In this document: piece by piece, positions 19,552 to 31,481 of the stretch
Layout: each line of letters begins with the position of its first letter
Position numbering within the stretch: the first letter of the stretch is position 1
From: an uncultured Verrucomicrobiae bacterium
GTDB taxonomy: Bacteria; Verrucomicrobiota; Verrucomicrobiia; Opitutales; JABDGR01
Length of the DNA: 64,000 bases
Assembly: GCA_963765205.1 (NCBI GenBank)
Contig: CAVXVB010000009.1
Coordinates: 864,001 to 928,000 of the forward strand
Reading direction: 5' to 3'
The notes under the pieces: generated by a model
Seen by the model: the letters and a program-made list of their open reading frames with translations, nothing else
Told to the model about the DNA's origin: nothing
Database searches by the model: none
Position numbers and translations under genes: made by a program

Positions 19552-21267
19552 ATGTCGCACCTCATGAAACGCCAGCATTACGCCGAGATGTTCGGCCCGA
19601 CCACGGGCGATCGCGTCCGGCTCGGCGACACTTCTCTCCTCCTGCAAGTCGAGCGCGACCACACGGTCTACGGCGACGAGTGCAAATTTGGCGGCGGCAA
19701 GCCCATTCGCGAAGGCCAGGGCCAGGCCGCCGGCGTGGGACAGGAGGATTGCCTGGATTGTGTCATTACCAACGCCCTCGTCGTGGACTACACGGGCATT
19801 TACAAAGCCGACGTGGGCATCAAGAACGGCCTGATTGCCGGGATCGGCAAGGCGGGCAATCCCGATGTCATGGCCGGAGTCTCCCAAAACATGATCGTCG
19901 GGGTGACCACAGAAGTGATCGCCGGCGAGGGGCTGATCCTTACCGCCGGCGGGATCGACTCGCACATTCATTTCATCTGCCCGCAACAGGCTCATGAGGC
20001 CATCGCTGCCGGACTGACCACCATGGTGGGCGGCGGCACCGGCCCGGCCACCGGGACTTGCGCCACCACCTGCACGCCGAGCGCGTTTTATCTCGAACGG
20101 ATGCTGCAGTCGACCGATGCCCTGCCGCTGAATTTTGGCTTCACCGGCAAAGGCAACACCGCCCTGCCGCAAGGATTGCAGGAACAGATTCTCGGCGGCG
20201 CCATCGGCCTGAAGCTCCATGAGGACTGGGGCACCACGCCCGCCGCCATTGATTGCTGCCTGCGCGTCGCCGATGACCACGACGTGGCGGTGACCATCCA
20301 TACCGACACCTTGAACGAATCGGGCTTTGTCGAAGCGACCATCGCCGCGATCAAAGGCCGCACCATCCATACTTACCACTCCGAAGGCGCCGGTGGCGGC
20401 CACGCGCCGGACATCATTCGCATCTGTGGTGAGGCGCACGTGCTGCCCAGTTCCACCAATCCGACGCGCCCCTATACCGTCAACACGATCGACGAGCATC
20501 TCGACATGGTGATGTTCTGCCACCACCTCGACCGCAAACTGCCGGAGGACGTCGCCTTCGCCGAGAGCCGCATTCGCGGCGAGACCATCGCCGCCGAGGA
20601 TATCCTGCACGACCTCGGTGCCATCAGCATGATGAGTTCCGATTCGCAGGCCATGGGCCGCATCGGCGAAGTCATCACCCGCTCGTGGCAAACGGCGGAC
20701 AAGATGAAGCAACAACGCGGGTCGCTGCCGGGCGAAGCCGCGGGCAACGACAATCTGCGGATCAAACGCTACATTTCCAAATACACCATCAACCCCGCGA
20801 TTGCCCACGGCATGGCGCATGCCATCGGCTCTGTGGAGGTCGGCAAGCTGGCCGACTTGGTTCTCTGGCGGCCCGCCTTTTTTGGGGCCAAGCCCGAAAT
20901 GGTGCTCAAGGGCGGCTTCATCGCCTGGTCGCAGATGGGCGACCCCAACGCCTCCTTGCCCACGCCGCAACCCGTTTTCATGCGCCCGATGTTTGGCGCC
21001 TTTGGCTCGGGCCCGGGCTCGTCGTGCATCGCCTTTGTCAGCCGGCGTTGCCGGGACCAAGGCGTCGCCGCCGGCTACGGGCTGCGCAAACGCATTGACG
21101 CCGTGCAAGCCTGCCGCAAACTCGGCAAGAAGGACATGAAATGGAACGATGCCACCCCGCGGATCACGGTCGATCCGGAAACTTACGCCGTCACGGCCGA
21201 TGGCGTGCCGTTGGTGTGCCAACCGGTCCGCGTGCTCCCGCTGGCCCAACGCTATTCCCTGTTTTGA
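19552..21267 (+). CDS. ureC: Urease alpha subunit
   Basis: [46 protein letters not shown] flap, SSDSQAMGR. Confidence 0.98.
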   Translation: MSHLMKRQHYAEMFGPTTGDRVRLGDTSLLLQVERDHTVYGDECKFGGGKPIREGQGQAAGVGQEDCLDCVITNALVVDYTGIYKADVGIKNGLIAGIGKAGNPDVMAGVSQNMIVGVTTEVIAGEGLILTAGGIDSHIHFICPQQAHEAIAAGLTTMVGGGTGPATGTCATTCTPSAFYLERMLQSTDALPLNFGFTGKGNTALPQGLQEQILGGAIGLKLHEDWGTTPAAIDCCLRVADDHDVAVTIHTDTLNESGFVEATIAAIKGRTIHTYHSEGAGGGHAPDIIRICGEAHVLPSSTNPTRPYTVNTIDEHLDMVMFCHHLDRKLPEDVAFAESRIRGETIAAEDILHDLGAISMMSSDSQAMGRIGEVITRSWQTADKMKQQRGSLPGEAAGNDNLRIKRYISKYTINPAIAHGMAHAIGSVEVGKLADLVLWRPAFFGAKPEMVLKGGFIAWSQMGDPNASLPTPQPVFMRPMFGAFGSGPGSSCIAFVSRRCRDQGVAAGYGLRKRIDAVQACRKLGKKDMKWNDATPRITVDPETYAVTADGVPLVCQPVRVLPLAQRYSLF

Positions 21268-21911
21268 AAACGCCGGACCAGGATTGGCTGTTGTGGCAAC
21301 TCGCGGATTCCGCCTTTCCGACCGGAGGCTTTGCGCACAGCGTGGGATTGGAAGCCGCCTGGCAACATGGCGAGATTCGCAACCCCGCCGAGTTAACGTC
21401 TTTTCTCGAAGCCAGCCTGCGGCAATTGGCTCACTCGGCGTTGCCGTTCGCCGCCGCCGCGCATGACGCGCCGGAACAGGGAGCGGAACTGGACCGCTTG
21501 TCCGACGCCTTTCTCACTAATCATGTGGCCAACCGCGCCAGCCGCGCACAGGGCCGCTCTTTCCTGATGGTGGTGGAAAAAACTTTCGGTTTGGCACACC
21601 ACTCGCTGCCCTTCGGGCATTTCGCGCCGGTATTTGGCGGCACTGCCCGCCGGCTCGGCCTGCCGCGGATGAATACGACCCACCTTTTCTTTTTCCAGCA
21701 TTTGCGCGCGTTGGTTGCCGCCGCCATCCGGCTGGGCATCGTTGGCCCCATGGAGGCGCAGGCCCTCCAGCACCGCTTGGCGCCCCATGCGCGGGAGATA
21801 CTTTCCCGCGGCGGGCATTGGCCCGTTTCCGCCATGGCCCAAACGGCGCCGTTGCTGGAATTATGGCAGGGAACCCAAGACCGCCTCTACTCCCGCTTGT
21901 TTCAAAGCTGA
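21264..21911 (+). CDS. ureF: Urease accessory protein UreF
   Basis: TTG start overlapping ureC stop; [18 protein letters not shown] and C-terminal LYSRLFQS. Confidence 0.93.
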   Translation: MKTPDQDWLLWQLADSAFPTGGFAHSVGLEAAWQHGEIRNPAELTSFLEASLRQLAHSALPFAAAAHDAPEQGAELDRLSDAFLTNHVANRASRAQGRSFLMVVEKTFGLAHHSLPFGHFAPVFGGTARRLGLPRMNTTHLFFFQHLRALVAAAIRLGIVGPMEAQALQHRLAPHAREILSRGGHWPVSAMAQTAPLLELWQGTQDRLYSRLFQS

Positions 21912-21913
21912 CC

Positions 21914-22690
21914 ATGAAAACCCATACGCATCACGACCACGACCATGGCCACGAAGATACCCATGCTCACGGCCATGGCCACACGCACGAACATCTCGAC
22001 CACCCCGGCCATTTCCACGAACGCGACCAACCGCTGCACCGCGATTTCCACCAGCGTGCGTTCACGGTCGGCGTGGGCGGGCCGGTGGGCAGCGGCAAGA
22101 CGGCGTTGATGCTCGCGCTGTGCCGGCAATTGCGCCGGCAAATGAACATCGCTGCCGTCACCAATGACATTTTCACCCGGGAAGACGGCGAATTCCTCAT
22201 CCGCAACCAGGCGCTGGAAGCCGAGCGCATCCGGGCCGTGGAAACCGGCGGCTGTCCGCACGCGGCTATCCGCGAAGACATTTCCGCCAACCTGCTGGCG
22301 CTGGAGGAACTCCATCAGCAATTTCACCCCGACCTGATGCTGCTGGAATCCGGCGGCGACAACCTGGCCGCCCACTTCAGCCGCGAGCTGGCCGATTACA
22401 CCATCTACGTTATTGACGTGGCCGGGGGTGACAAAATCCCGCGCAAAGGCGGCCCGGGCATCACGCAGTCCGACCTTCTGGTCATCAACAAAACGGATCT
22501 GGCCGCCGCCATCGGCGCGGATTTGGGCGTGATGGAGCGCGACGCGCGGCTCATGCGCGGCCACGGCCCGTTCGTGTTCGCGCAAGTCAAGCACGGTCTC
22601 GGGGTTGATGAAATCATGAACCACGTTATCCATCACTGGCAGCATGCCGCGGGCATCGCCCATCGTCATTCCGCCGCTGGAGAAAAATGA
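21914..22690 (+). CDS. ureG: Urease accessory GTPase UreG with His-rich N-terminus
   Basis: [35 protein letters not shown]-terminal [10 protein letters not shown] tract. Confidence 0.96.
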   Translation: MKTHTHHDHDHGHEDTHAHGHGHTHEHLDHPGHFHERDQPLHRDFHQRAFTVGVGGPVGSGKTALMLALCRQLRRQMNIAAVTNDIFTREDGEFLIRNQALEAERIRAVETGGCPHAAIREDISANLLALEELHQQFHPDLMLLESGGDNLAAHFSRELADYTIYVIDVAGGDKIPRKGGPGITQSDLLVINKTDLAAAIGADLGVMERDARLMRGHGPFVFAQVKHGLGVDEIMNHVIHHWQHAAGIAHRHSAAGEK

Positions 22691-22778
22691 GCAGGCGTAA
22701 CCCAATGAAATCATTAAGACGCGAACCGGTGTAAACGATTATGCCTGCGGCCATGGAATCCTCCAACCTCGTTAAAAA

Positions 22779-23837
22779 ATGATCGCACATCTCTTGCCGC
22801 TGCCGAAAAACCTCAAGGGAAATGTTTTGGGCATCTATGGACTGCTGATCGGGGCAAACCTGGCGGTGTGGATTTGGGCGGTGATCTCCTTCCATGCTTA
22901 TCCGTTGCTGCTGGGCACCTCGCTGTTGGCCTATACGTTTGGCCTGCGCCATGCGGTGGACGCCGATCATATTGCCGCCATCGACAATGTCACGCGCAAG
23001 CTGATGCAGCAGGGAAAAAGACCGTTGGCCGTTGGCCTTTTCTTCTCCTTGGGCCACTCCACGGTCGTGTTTGGCCTGTCCCTCGTCATAGCTGTGACTT
23101 CCGCCGCGATCAAGGACCGCATGGAACCCGTTCATGTCATCGGCAGCATGGTGGGCACCTCCGTATCCGCCTTTTTTCTTCTGGCGATAGCGGCGGCCAA
23201 TATGATCGTCCTGGTTTCGGTCTACCGGATGTTCCGGGTCGTCAAGGCGGGGGGCGGCTATGTCGAGGAGGATTTGGAACTGATTCTTGCCCAGTGCGGC
23301 TTTTTGGGGCGGATTTTCCGCCGGGTATTTCGCCTCATCGAAAAAAGCTGGCACATGTATCCGCTCGGTTTTCTCTTTGGCCTGGGCTTCGACACGGCGA
23401 CGGAAATCGGCCTGCTGGGCATCTCCGCCACCCAGGCGTCCAACGGGCTGCCCGTCTGGTCTATTCTGGTCTTTCCGGCGCTTTTCACCACCGGCATGGC
23501 GTTGGTGGACACCACCGACAGCATTTTGATGCTGAGCGTGTACGGCTGGGCGTTCGTGAAGCCGATCCGAAAACTCTATTACAACCTGACCATCACGTTT
23601 GTCTCGGTGGCCGTGGCGTTGGTGGTTGGCGGCATTGAGGCGCTGGGCTTGGCGGTCGACCACTTTGAGTTGCATGGGGCCGTCTGGAATTCGGTTCGTG
23701 GGCTCAACGATAACTTGGGCGCGTTGGGCTTCATCATTATCGGCATCTTTGTCGCCAGTTGGGTGGTTTCGATTACGGTCTACCGGCTCAAACGGTACGA
23801 CGAAATAAAACCCGGCCTGCTGTCAGTTAAAAATTAA
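22779..23837 (+). CDS. HoxN/HupN/NixA-family (NiCoT) nickel/cobalt permease
   Basis: Signature GLRHAVDADHIAAID, FFSLGHST, LFGLGFDTATE. Confidence 0.95.
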   Translation: MIAHLLPLPKNLKGNVLGIYGLLIGANLAVWIWAVISFHAYPLLLGTSLLAYTFGLRHAVDADHIAAIDNVTRKLMQQGKRPLAVGLFFSLGHSTVVFGLSLVIAVTSAAIKDRMEPVHVIGSMVGTSVSAFFLLAIAAANMIVLVSVYRMFRVVKAGGGYVEEDLELILAQCGFLGRIFRRVFRLIEKSWHMYPLGFLFGLGFDTATEIGLLGISATQASNGLPVWSILVFPALFTTGMALVDTTDSILMLSVYGWAFVKPIRKLYYNLTITFVSVAVALVVGGIEALGLAVDHFELHGAVWNSVRGLNDNLGALGFIIIGIFVASWVVSITVYRLKRYDEIKPGLLSVKN

Positions 23838-23918
23838 GCGGTCTGAGCAAAAACGCGCACGAAACTTGGCAAACACGGCCTTGATGGCGCGAATTCGCGA
23901 GGACTTGGAAAAGCGGCT

Positions 23919-23954
23919 GTCGCAATTCCGTTTGTTTTCGTCGCAATTCCGTTT
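23919..23954 (+). repeat. 15-bp direct repeat GTCGCAATTCCGTTT x2 with 21-bp period (candidate activator site)
   Basis: Copies at 23919-23933 and 23940-23954 in the intergenic region upstream of the porin-urt operon. Confidence 0.7.
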
Positions 23955-24226
23955 AATTTTTGTTGTGAGCGGCCCTCCCGCATGACAAAAACTCGGGCCG
24001 GCAGGCGGGAGGTTAACCGGTCGGAAAATGGCGTATTTCCGAGGTGAATTTGCTCAGCCGTGCAATATTTTTCGCGGATGATTCGGCGTGATTCCAGCGT
24101 CCGCACCAGTTAATTCCAATTTCATATTGCATATAAATAAGGCCAGTCGTGATAACGCTGCGATATATAGGCAAAATAAAATTCCGATCGGTTCTTGGCC
24201 GATCGCTTAACGCAAACGTCACATTT

Positions 24227-24242
24227 TGGCATCGTTTATGCT
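24227..24242 (+). promoter_or_regulatory. Sigma-54 (-24/-12) promoter of the porin-urtABCDE operon
   Basis: TGGCATCGTTTATGCT fits TGGCAC-N5-TTGC spacing, ~100 nt before the ATG. Confidence 0.65.
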
Positions 24243-24340
24243 CACTCGTTTTTTCACTGCAAAAGCCGGCTGAATGCTCACTTCAGCATGTCATCTTCCA
24301 ACCACAGCAGGCGCGAATTGCAGCGGAGAAATACGTCGCT

Positions 24341-25612
24341 ATGAATAATCCATCTGCGCTCAAACTGATCCACCGGTGCTTGTTAACCGGGGGTGTTTTG
24401 CTCGGCAGTGCCGCTGTCGCACTGGCCCAAGACACCGCCCCCACCTTGTCCAGCTTGGAACAAGAAAATCAAGCCTTGACCAGTCGCCTCAATGCGCTTG
24501 AGGCCATGGTGCAAAAACAGGGCTTGGCACCCAGTGCCATGCCGATGCCCAGCCCCGTGTCGTCCCTCGATAAAATCACGATCAGCGGCTTTGTTCAGAC
24601 CTCTTATTTCAGCAATCTTGAAAATGAAACTGCCCAGCGCATACCCAGCTATTTGTGGGACAACAAGAACAACAACTTCTCGATCAACAAGGTCAAGTTG
24701 ACTTTTGCCAGCACGCCGGCCGTGCGCAGTGACACGGATTGGAGTGCGGCTTTCCGTGTGTCGTTGATGGCGGGCGAGGACTCCTCGGTTTTGAATTCCG
24801 GCAGCACCGGCCCAATATCGGGTTTCCAATACCTGCGTGAGGCCTACGTGGAAACGAACGTACCCGTCGGAAATGGCTTGATTATCAAGGCGGGCGAATT
24901 GATCTCGCTGCTGAATTGGGAATCCGGCGACGGCGGCGCGGCCAACCCGAATTTTTCCCAAGGTTATCAATGGTATTACACCGGCAATGGCCCGTCCGGC
25001 GGCGTGCAGGCTGATTATGCTTTCACGGATTGGCTGGATGTGACCGCGCGTGTGGACAACGGCCTGTATGCCGGCCCCGTTGGCAACGCGAACAAGAAGG
25101 AAGCGATGGGTTCAATCAACCTCAAACCCACCAAGGATTTCTGGATGAATTTAATCGGCTTTGGCGGCTTGGGTGCCGACGGCTTGGATGCGAACGGCGG
25201 GTCGGTCATCGGCGGATATCAGATCACTCCCGAGCTGGGCACCGGGTTTGAGGGCGACTACTTTAGTTTTCACAATCAGGGCAACCCCTCGGGCGATTTA
25301 GAGTCGATTGGCGGCTGGATCTGGTATGACTTCACGCCCCAATACGGCATTGCTTTCCGGGCTGAATATCTGGATGACCCGGAAGGGGTTGGACTGAACG
25401 GCGGTCCGAACCCGTTTGGCCCCGGCTCCGGAATTTTGTCGCCATCCCCGAACGGAAATTTGGAAAGCTTCACGGTTACGTTCAACTGGCGTCCCGTCTC
25501 CTACTTGAAAATCCAACCTGAATTTCGGGTGAACCACACCTCGTATACGGGTGGCTTTGCCGGCAAACAAAACGAATACATTGTCGGGCTCGGCGCGACT
25601 TATTCGTTCTAA
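24341..25612 (+). CDS. Outer-membrane beta-barrel porin
   Basis: Signal peptide (…AVALA-Q), short coiled coil, amphipathic strands, C-terminal YSF. Confidence 0.8.
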   Translation: MNNPSALKLIHRCLLTGGVLLGSAAVALAQDTAPTLSSLEQENQALTSRLNALEAMVQKQGLAPSAMPMPSPVSSLDKITISGFVQTSYFSNLENETAQRIPSYLWDNKNNNFSINKVKLTFASTPAVRSDTDWSAAFRVSLMAGEDSSVLNSGSTGPISGFQYLREAYVETNVPVGNGLIIKAGELISLLNWESGDGGAANPNFSQGYQWYYTGNGPSGGVQADYAFTDWLDVTARVDNGLYAGPVGNANKKEAMGSINLKPTKDFWMNLIGFGGLGADGLDANGGSVIGGYQITPELGTGFEGDYFSFHNQGNPSGDLESIGGWIWYDFTPQYGIAFRAEYLDDPEGVGLNGGPNPFGPGSGILSPSPNGNLESFTVTFNWRPVSYLKIQPEFRVNHTSYTGGFAGKQNEYIVGLGATYSF

Positions 25613-25675
25613 GCCGCATTTTTTTGACCAGTCAGCTTCAACCTATTAAAAACCAACTCTCTAAAACTCAAAATC

Positions 25676-26998
25676 ATGAAAAGTTACCTGCTACCAATTG
25701 TGGCCCTGGCGGCCACGCTGAATCTCGTATCTCCCGCCGCAGCGGCCGACGCCGCCCCGCCGCCTGACACCGTCAAGGTGGGCGTGCTCCACTCCCTGAG
25801 TGGCACCATGGCCATCAGCGAAACTTCCCTGCGCGATGTGCTGCTTTTTGCCTTCGACCAAATTAACGCTGCTGGCGGTGTTAAAGTCGGCGGTAAATCA
25901 TACATGATTGATCCCGTGGTGGTGGACGGCGCTTCCAACTGGCCCTTGTTTGCCGAGAAGGCCAAGCAACTGCTGGAGGAGGACAAAGTGGCCGTCACGT
26001 TCGGCTGCTGGACCTCGGTGAGCCGCAAGTCCGTGCTGCCGGTGTTCGAGAAGGATAATGGCATGCTGTTCTATCCCGTGCAATACGAGGGGGAGGAGCT
26101 TTCCAAGAACATCTTCTATACCGCCGAAGCGGTGGGACAGCAGGCCACCCCGGCGGTGGATTACCTGCTCGCCCAGGGCAAAAAGAAGTTCTACCTCATC
26201 GGCACCGACTATGTTTACCCGCAAACCACCAACCTGATTCTTTACAAATACCTGCTGCTGCATGGTGTTCCCGTGGAGAATATTGGCGGTGGCTTGCGCA
26301 AAGACGCGGATGGCAAGGTTATTTCCGCCGGCCAATATGTGCCCTTTGGCCATACCGACTTTCAGCAGATTGTGGCGGACATCAAGCAGTTTGCCTCCAG
26401 CGGTGACGCCTGCGTGATCAACACCATCAATGGCGACTCCAACGTGCCCTTCTTCAAGGAAATTGTCGCCGCGGGATTGACCCCGTCCGACTGCCCGGTG
26501 GTCTCCTTCAGTTTGGCTGAAGACGAACTGCGCAGCATGCCGACCAAGGACATGGTGGGTGAACTCGGCTGCTGGACTTATTTCATGTCGCTGGACACCC
26601 CTGAAAACACGGCCTTCCTCAAAAGCTGGAATGACTGGCTGGCGACCGAAGACCACCCCGGGGTAATCAAGGAAAAGCGCGCGATGGATAGTCCTATGGT
26701 CTTGTCCTATGACGGCGTTTATTTGTGGAAACAGGCCGTGGAGAAAGCGGACTCCTTTGATGTGGACAAGGTGCGCGCGGTGCTGGAATCCGGTGACGAC
26801 AGCTTCGCCGGACCGGGTGGCAAAATCACCATGCAGGCGAATCACCACGCCACGAAGAACGTTTACATCGGTGAAACCAAAGCCAACGGCCAGTTCAAGA
26901 TTTTGCAGACTTTTGACCAAGTATATGGTGAGCCGTTCCTACTGAAGGGCTTGGACGACAAGTTGGCCGCGGCCGCGCCGCCCGCCACCACCAAGTGA
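25676..26998 (+). CDS. urtA: Urea ABC transporter substrate-binding protein
   Basis: [49 protein letters not shown]. Confidence 0.95.
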   Translation: MKSYLLPIVALAATLNLVSPAAAADAAPPPDTVKVGVLHSLSGTMAISETSLRDVLLFAFDQINAAGGVKVGGKSYMIDPVVVDGASNWPLFAEKAKQLLEEDKVAVTFGCWTSVSRKSVLPVFEKDNGMLFYPVQYEGEELSKNIFYTAEAVGQQATPAVDYLLAQGKKKFYLIGTDYVYPQTTNLILYKYLLLHGVPVENIGGGLRKDADGKVISAGQYVPFGHTDFQQIVADIKQFASSGDACVINTINGDSNVPFFKEIVAAGLTPSDCPVVSFSLAEDELRSMPTKDMVGELGCWTYFMSLDTPENTAFLKSWNDWLATEDHPGVIKEKRAMDSPMVLSYDGVYLWKQAVEKADSFDVDKVRAVLESGDDSFAGPGGKITMQANHHATKNVYIGETKANGQFKILQTFDQVYGEPFLLKGLDDKLAAAAPPATTK

Positions 26999-27035
26999 AG
27001 AATCGTTCACGGTCAATTCACATGATCTCCAATTC

Positions 27036-27068
27036 AAGGGGGCGGAGCACCAGCTCCGCCCCTTTTTA
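27036..27068 (+). terminator. Intrinsic terminator / stabilising hairpin after urtA
   Basis: AAGGGGGCGGAGC-ACCA-GCTCCGCCCCCTT followed by a T run. Confidence 0.7.
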
Positions 27069-27074
27069 CATTAA

Positions 27075-28831
27075 ATGAAGAAACTATTGAAATGTATTGC
27101 TGCATTGGGTTTGCTGTTGCTGCTGCCGTGCCTCAAGGCGGTGGGAGCCGATTCTCCTGTACCTGACGATGCCGCAGTCCGCCAGCTTCTCGTTCAAGTA
27201 ATCACGAGCAAGGGAGCCGCGCAGCAAAAACTGCTTGGCGACATTGGGGAGACCGGTTCCAAAATTGCGGGAGACGTATTGACGGCCTGGACGCGAGACG
27301 AGGTTTACCTGTATCCCGCGCCCGATGGCACCAAGGTGCCCGTGTTGCTGGAAGACGCGCAGGATGCAAGCGGCAAAGCCCGTGCCCTGCGTATCATTGA
27401 TGGGCAGGTGGTCAAGGACGCCAGCGGCAAGGATTTGCGTTTTGGCGACAGTGAATTGGACACCGCGGATACGGACATGAGTTTGCGCACCACTATCAGC
27501 CGAACGATTGACACCCTGTCCCTCTCCAGCCCCGATGTTGACAGCCGCTGGTCGGCGGTGAACAAATTGGGCAATTCACAAAAACCCATCTATATTCCCA
27601 TTCTTCAGGCCAGGCTGGCCAAAGAGACGGATGCCACCGTGAAACGAGCAATTATGGAAGGCATCGCCACTTTGCAACTCAACGACCCCGAACCGGCCGT
27701 GCAAATTGCGGCGGTCAAGCAATTACAGGCCTTAAATTCGATCGGTAATCTTGACAACCTGCAGCGGCTCGCCGCCGACCCCAAAACCGGCCGCGATGTC
27801 GTGCAAGCCGCCAATCTGGCTCTTGGTTCCATTCAAAGGCACGTTTGGTTTGTGAATTTCTATGGCACGATTTTTCACGGCCTGAGTCTTGGTCCATTCT
27901 CCTGGTGGTCGCACTCGGCCTGGCCATCACCTTTGGCCTGATGGGGGTCATCAACATGGCGCATGGCGAAATGATCGCCATTGGAGCCTACACCAGCTAT
28001 GTCGTGCAAAACCTGTTCGGCACTGGCTTTTCCTTTGCTGTTACCTTGCCTTTTAGCGTTATGGGCAAACCACTCGGTTTTGGCCTGAGTCTGCCGGGAT
28101 TGAACGCCACGGGCTGGTTTTATCAAAGTTATTTTTTGTTCGCGATTCCACTCAGTTTTCTGACTGCCGCGCTGGCGGGGCTCGTGCTGGAACGCACCGT
28201 CATTCAATACCTTTACCGCCGTCCGCTCGAGTCGCTCTTAGCCACCTGGGGCGTGTCCCTCGTCATGCAGCAGCTCTTCCGGATGATTTTTGGGGCGAAC
28301 AACGTCCAAGTCAACTCGCCCTCCTGGCTGCTGGGCCACTTCGATGTGAATGACGTTTCATTTGGCTATAATCGCGTATTCGTCATCGCCTTTGCCTTTT
28401 TAATTGTGTTGGGCACCTGGCTGTTGCTCACCAAAACGCCCCTGGGTCTGCTCATTCGCGCCGTGATGCAAAACCGTTCTATGGCTTCTTGCATGGGCGT
28501 GCGCACCAGCCGCGTGAACATGATGACTTTTGCCTTTGGGTCCGGGCTGGCTGGCTTGGCCGGGGCCTTTCTTTCGCAAATTGGCAATGTGGGGCCGAGT
28601 TTGGGCCAAAGTTACATTGTGGACAGTTTTATGACGGTGGTGGTGGGCGGGGTCGGCAGCATCATTGGCACGGTTTATGCAGCGTTAGGCATCGGCACGG
28701 CGGACCAGGTTTTGCAGCAATTGTTCGGATCGCCAGTAATGGGCAAAATCATCGTCCTCGTCTGCATCATTTTATTCCTGCAATGGAAGCCAGGCGGACT
28801 GTTTTCCATTCGTGGCCGAAATCTGGATTGA
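27075..28831 (+). CDS. urtB: Urea ABC transporter permease UrtB (1-nt frameshift near 27892)
   Basis: N-terminal HEAT-like domain, then GLSLG|SILLVVALGLAITFGLMGVINMAHGE across the frame change. Confidence 0.9.
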
Positions 28832-28835
28832 CACC

Positions 28836-30019
28836 ATGCGGGCCAAGACGACCAATTTCGAGCTGTGGTTTGTGGCGGCGGCGGCCGTGGTGCTGCTGGT
28901 AATCATGCCGGGGTTAAATGCGCTCACCGCGCCGGGCAGCCCGCTGCACGTCAGTGACTTCACCATCAATCTTTACGGCAAGTATCTCTGCTATGGCATT
29001 GTGGCGATCAGCGTGGATTTGTTGTGGGGCTACACCGGCTTGCTTAGTCTCGGCCAATGTCTGTTTTTCGCCTTGGGTGGATATATGATGGGCATGTATC
29101 TCATGCGGGAGATTGGCGACCTGGGCCAATACCACATGCCCATTCCCGATTTTCTCGTGTTTTTGGGGTGGAGCAAACTGCCCGGCTTTTGGAAACCGTT
29201 CTCCAGTTTCCCGTTTGCCTTGATGATGGTCATACTGCTCCCAGCGGTCCTGTCCATCGTGTTTGGCTACATGGCCTTTCGCGCCCGCATTCGCGGGGTC
29301 TATTTTTCCATCCTGACCCAGGCGCTCACCTACGCCGCCTGTTTGCTGTTTTTTCGCAATAGCATGCTCATGGGGGGAACAACGGATTCACGGATTTCAA
29401 GTTTCTGGCCGGTTACGACCTGCGTACCCCCGCCACCCAGCGCGGGCTTTATATTTGCAGTGTGCTGTTGCTGCTGGGAACTTACTTCCTTTGCAAATGG
29501 CTGACGGGGACCAAATTTGGCAAGGTTCAGCGTGCCATTCGCGACAGCGAAAATCGCGTGCTTTTCTCGGGTTATGCCACCGCGCACTTCAAGCTGTTCG
29601 TGTTTGTCCTGGCCGCCATCATCGCAGGGCTGGCCGGCGCCCTCTATGTGCCGCAGGTGGGGATTATTAATCCGAGTGAAATGGCCACGGATAAGTCATT
29701 GGAGGCCGTGGTTTGGGTCTCGGTGGGCGGACGGGGCACCCTGATTGGCCCCGTGATTGGCGCGGTCATCATCAACGCCCTAAAAAGCTGGGCCACGCGC
29801 GCTTATCCCGACCTCTGGCTGTTGTTTCTCGGGATGACTTTTATCTTGGTGACCCTGTTCATGCCCAAGGGCATTGTCGGACTGCCCGCGCAATTGCGCG
29901 GGTTGAAACGGCGTTATCTGGCCGTCAAACCTGCTGAAACCAAAGCCGTCCCGGTCCCGTCGGACCCGCTCCCAGCCTCAGCTCCAGGCGAAATTTTGGC
30001 GAAATCGAACGACAAATGA
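28836..30019 (+). CDS. urtC: Urea ABC transporter permease UrtC (1-nt frameshift near 29378)
   Basis: [39 protein letters not shown] restored by adding one A. Confidence 0.9.
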
Positions 30020-30783
30020 TCATGTCCGAACCCAAACCATTTATCCTCGCCCTGCAAGAGGTGAACAAGTCCTTTGAAGGCTTCAAAGCGATTTCCGATC
30101 TCACCTTTTATATGGACGACGGGGAATTGCGGGTCATCATCGGTCCCAACGGTGCTGGCAAGAGCAGCATGTTGGATTTGATCACCGGCCGCACCAAACC
30201 GGACAGCGGAAAAATTGAATTTGCGCCTAATACGGACCTGACCAAACTGAATGAGGCCGAAATCACCCGCCTTGGCATCGGGCGAAAATTTCAAACCCCG
30301 TCGGTTTACATTGATCACACGGTCTTTGAAAATATCTGGCTCTCGCTGGAAGGCAGCCGCAGCGTGTGGAACACGCTGTTCTCCCGGATCACCTCGGAAC
30401 GCCGGGACCGGATTTTTGAAGTGCTCAAGACTGTCGCGCTGGATGGCAAGGCTGATTGGAAGGCGGGCGCGCTTAGCCATGGGCAAAAACAATGGCTGGA
30501 AATTGGCATGTTGCTCGCGCTCAATCCGAAGCTCTTGCTGGTGGATGAACCCGCCGCCGGCATGACCGACGAGGAAACCTACAAGACCGGCGAACTGCTG
30601 CTCAGCCTGGAAGGCAAACACAGTATCGTGGTCATTGAACACGATATGACCTTTGTCCGGCAAATCGCCCGCAAAGTCACCGTGCTGCATCGTGGCACGG
30701 TGTTGTGCGAAGGCACGGTGGATGAAGTGCAAAACAGCGAACAAGTCATGGAAATCTATCTTGGACGCAAAAAGAAAAACTGA
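30016..30783 (+). CDS. urtD: Urea ABC transporter ATP-binding protein UrtD
   Basis: [34 protein letters not shown]. Confidence 0.93.
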   Translation: MIMSEPKPFILALQEVNKSFEGFKAISDLTFYMDDGELRVIIGPNGAGKSSMLDLITGRTKPDSGKIEFAPNTDLTKLNEAEITRLGIGRKFQTPSVYIDHTVFENIWLSLEGSRSVWNTLFSRITSERRDRIFEVLKTVALDGKADWKAGALSHGQKQWLEIGMLLALNPKLLLVDEPAAGMTDEETYKTGELLLSLEGKHSIVVIEHDMTFVRQIARKVTVLHRGTVLCEGTVDEVQNSEQVMEIYLGRKKKN

Positions 30784-30785
30784 CG

Positions 30786-31481
30786 ATGCTGCAACTTTCC
30801 AACATCACCGCCTCCCTCCAAGGTTCGCGCATTTTGCGCGGCGTAAACCTCACCGTGCCTGAACGCAGTCTGGTGTGCCTCATGGGGCGCAATGGCGTGG
30901 GCAAAACCACCACCCTTAAATCCATTGTCGGACTCGTGAAGCCGGACACCGGCACGGTGAAACTGGACGGCAAAGACTTGATGGGCCTCACGCCCAACGT
31001 CCGTGCCCGGCAGGGGATTGGCTATGTGCCACAGGGGCGCGATATTTTTCCGCATCTCACCGTCTGGGAGAATTTAAAGGTCAGCCTCGTGGTCCACAAG
31101 GTCAAAAGCACCGCCCCGGTGGACCGGGTGCTGGAACTCTTTCCCATTCTCAAGGAATTTCTCCAGCGCAAAGGAGGGGTGCTGAGCGGCGGCCAACAGC
31201 AGCAACTGGCCATTGCGCGGGCCTTGCTCACGGAACCTAAAATTTTGATTCTGGACGAGCCGACCGAGGGTATTCAGCCCAACATCATTGACCTCATCGG
31301 CGAAACCCTCTTGAAAATTAAAAAAGAAGGAAAACTAAGCATCCTTCTCGTGGAACAATATCTCGATTTTTGTTTGAGCGTAGGCGACAGTTTTTACATC
31401 ATGGATCGTGGCACGATTGTGGCCGAAGGTTTGATTGCGCACCTGACTGATGAAGTTGTAAGGAAGCACCTTACCGTTTAA
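30786..31481 (+). CDS. urtE: Urea ABC transporter ATP-binding protein UrtE
   Basis: GRNGVGKTT, YVPQGRDIF, LSGGQQQQLAI, DEPTEGIQP. Confidence 0.94.
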   Translation: MLQLSNITASLQGSRILRGVNLTVPERSLVCLMGRNGVGKTTTLKSIVGLVKPDTGTVKLDGKDLMGLTPNVRARQGIGYVPQGRDIFPHLTVWENLKVSLVVHKVKSTAPVDRVLELFPILKEFLQRKGGVLSGGQQQQLAIARALLTEPKILILDEPTEGIQPNIIDLIGETLLKIKKEGKLSILLVEQYLDFCLSVGDSFYIMDRGTIVAEGLIAHLTDEVVRKHLTV

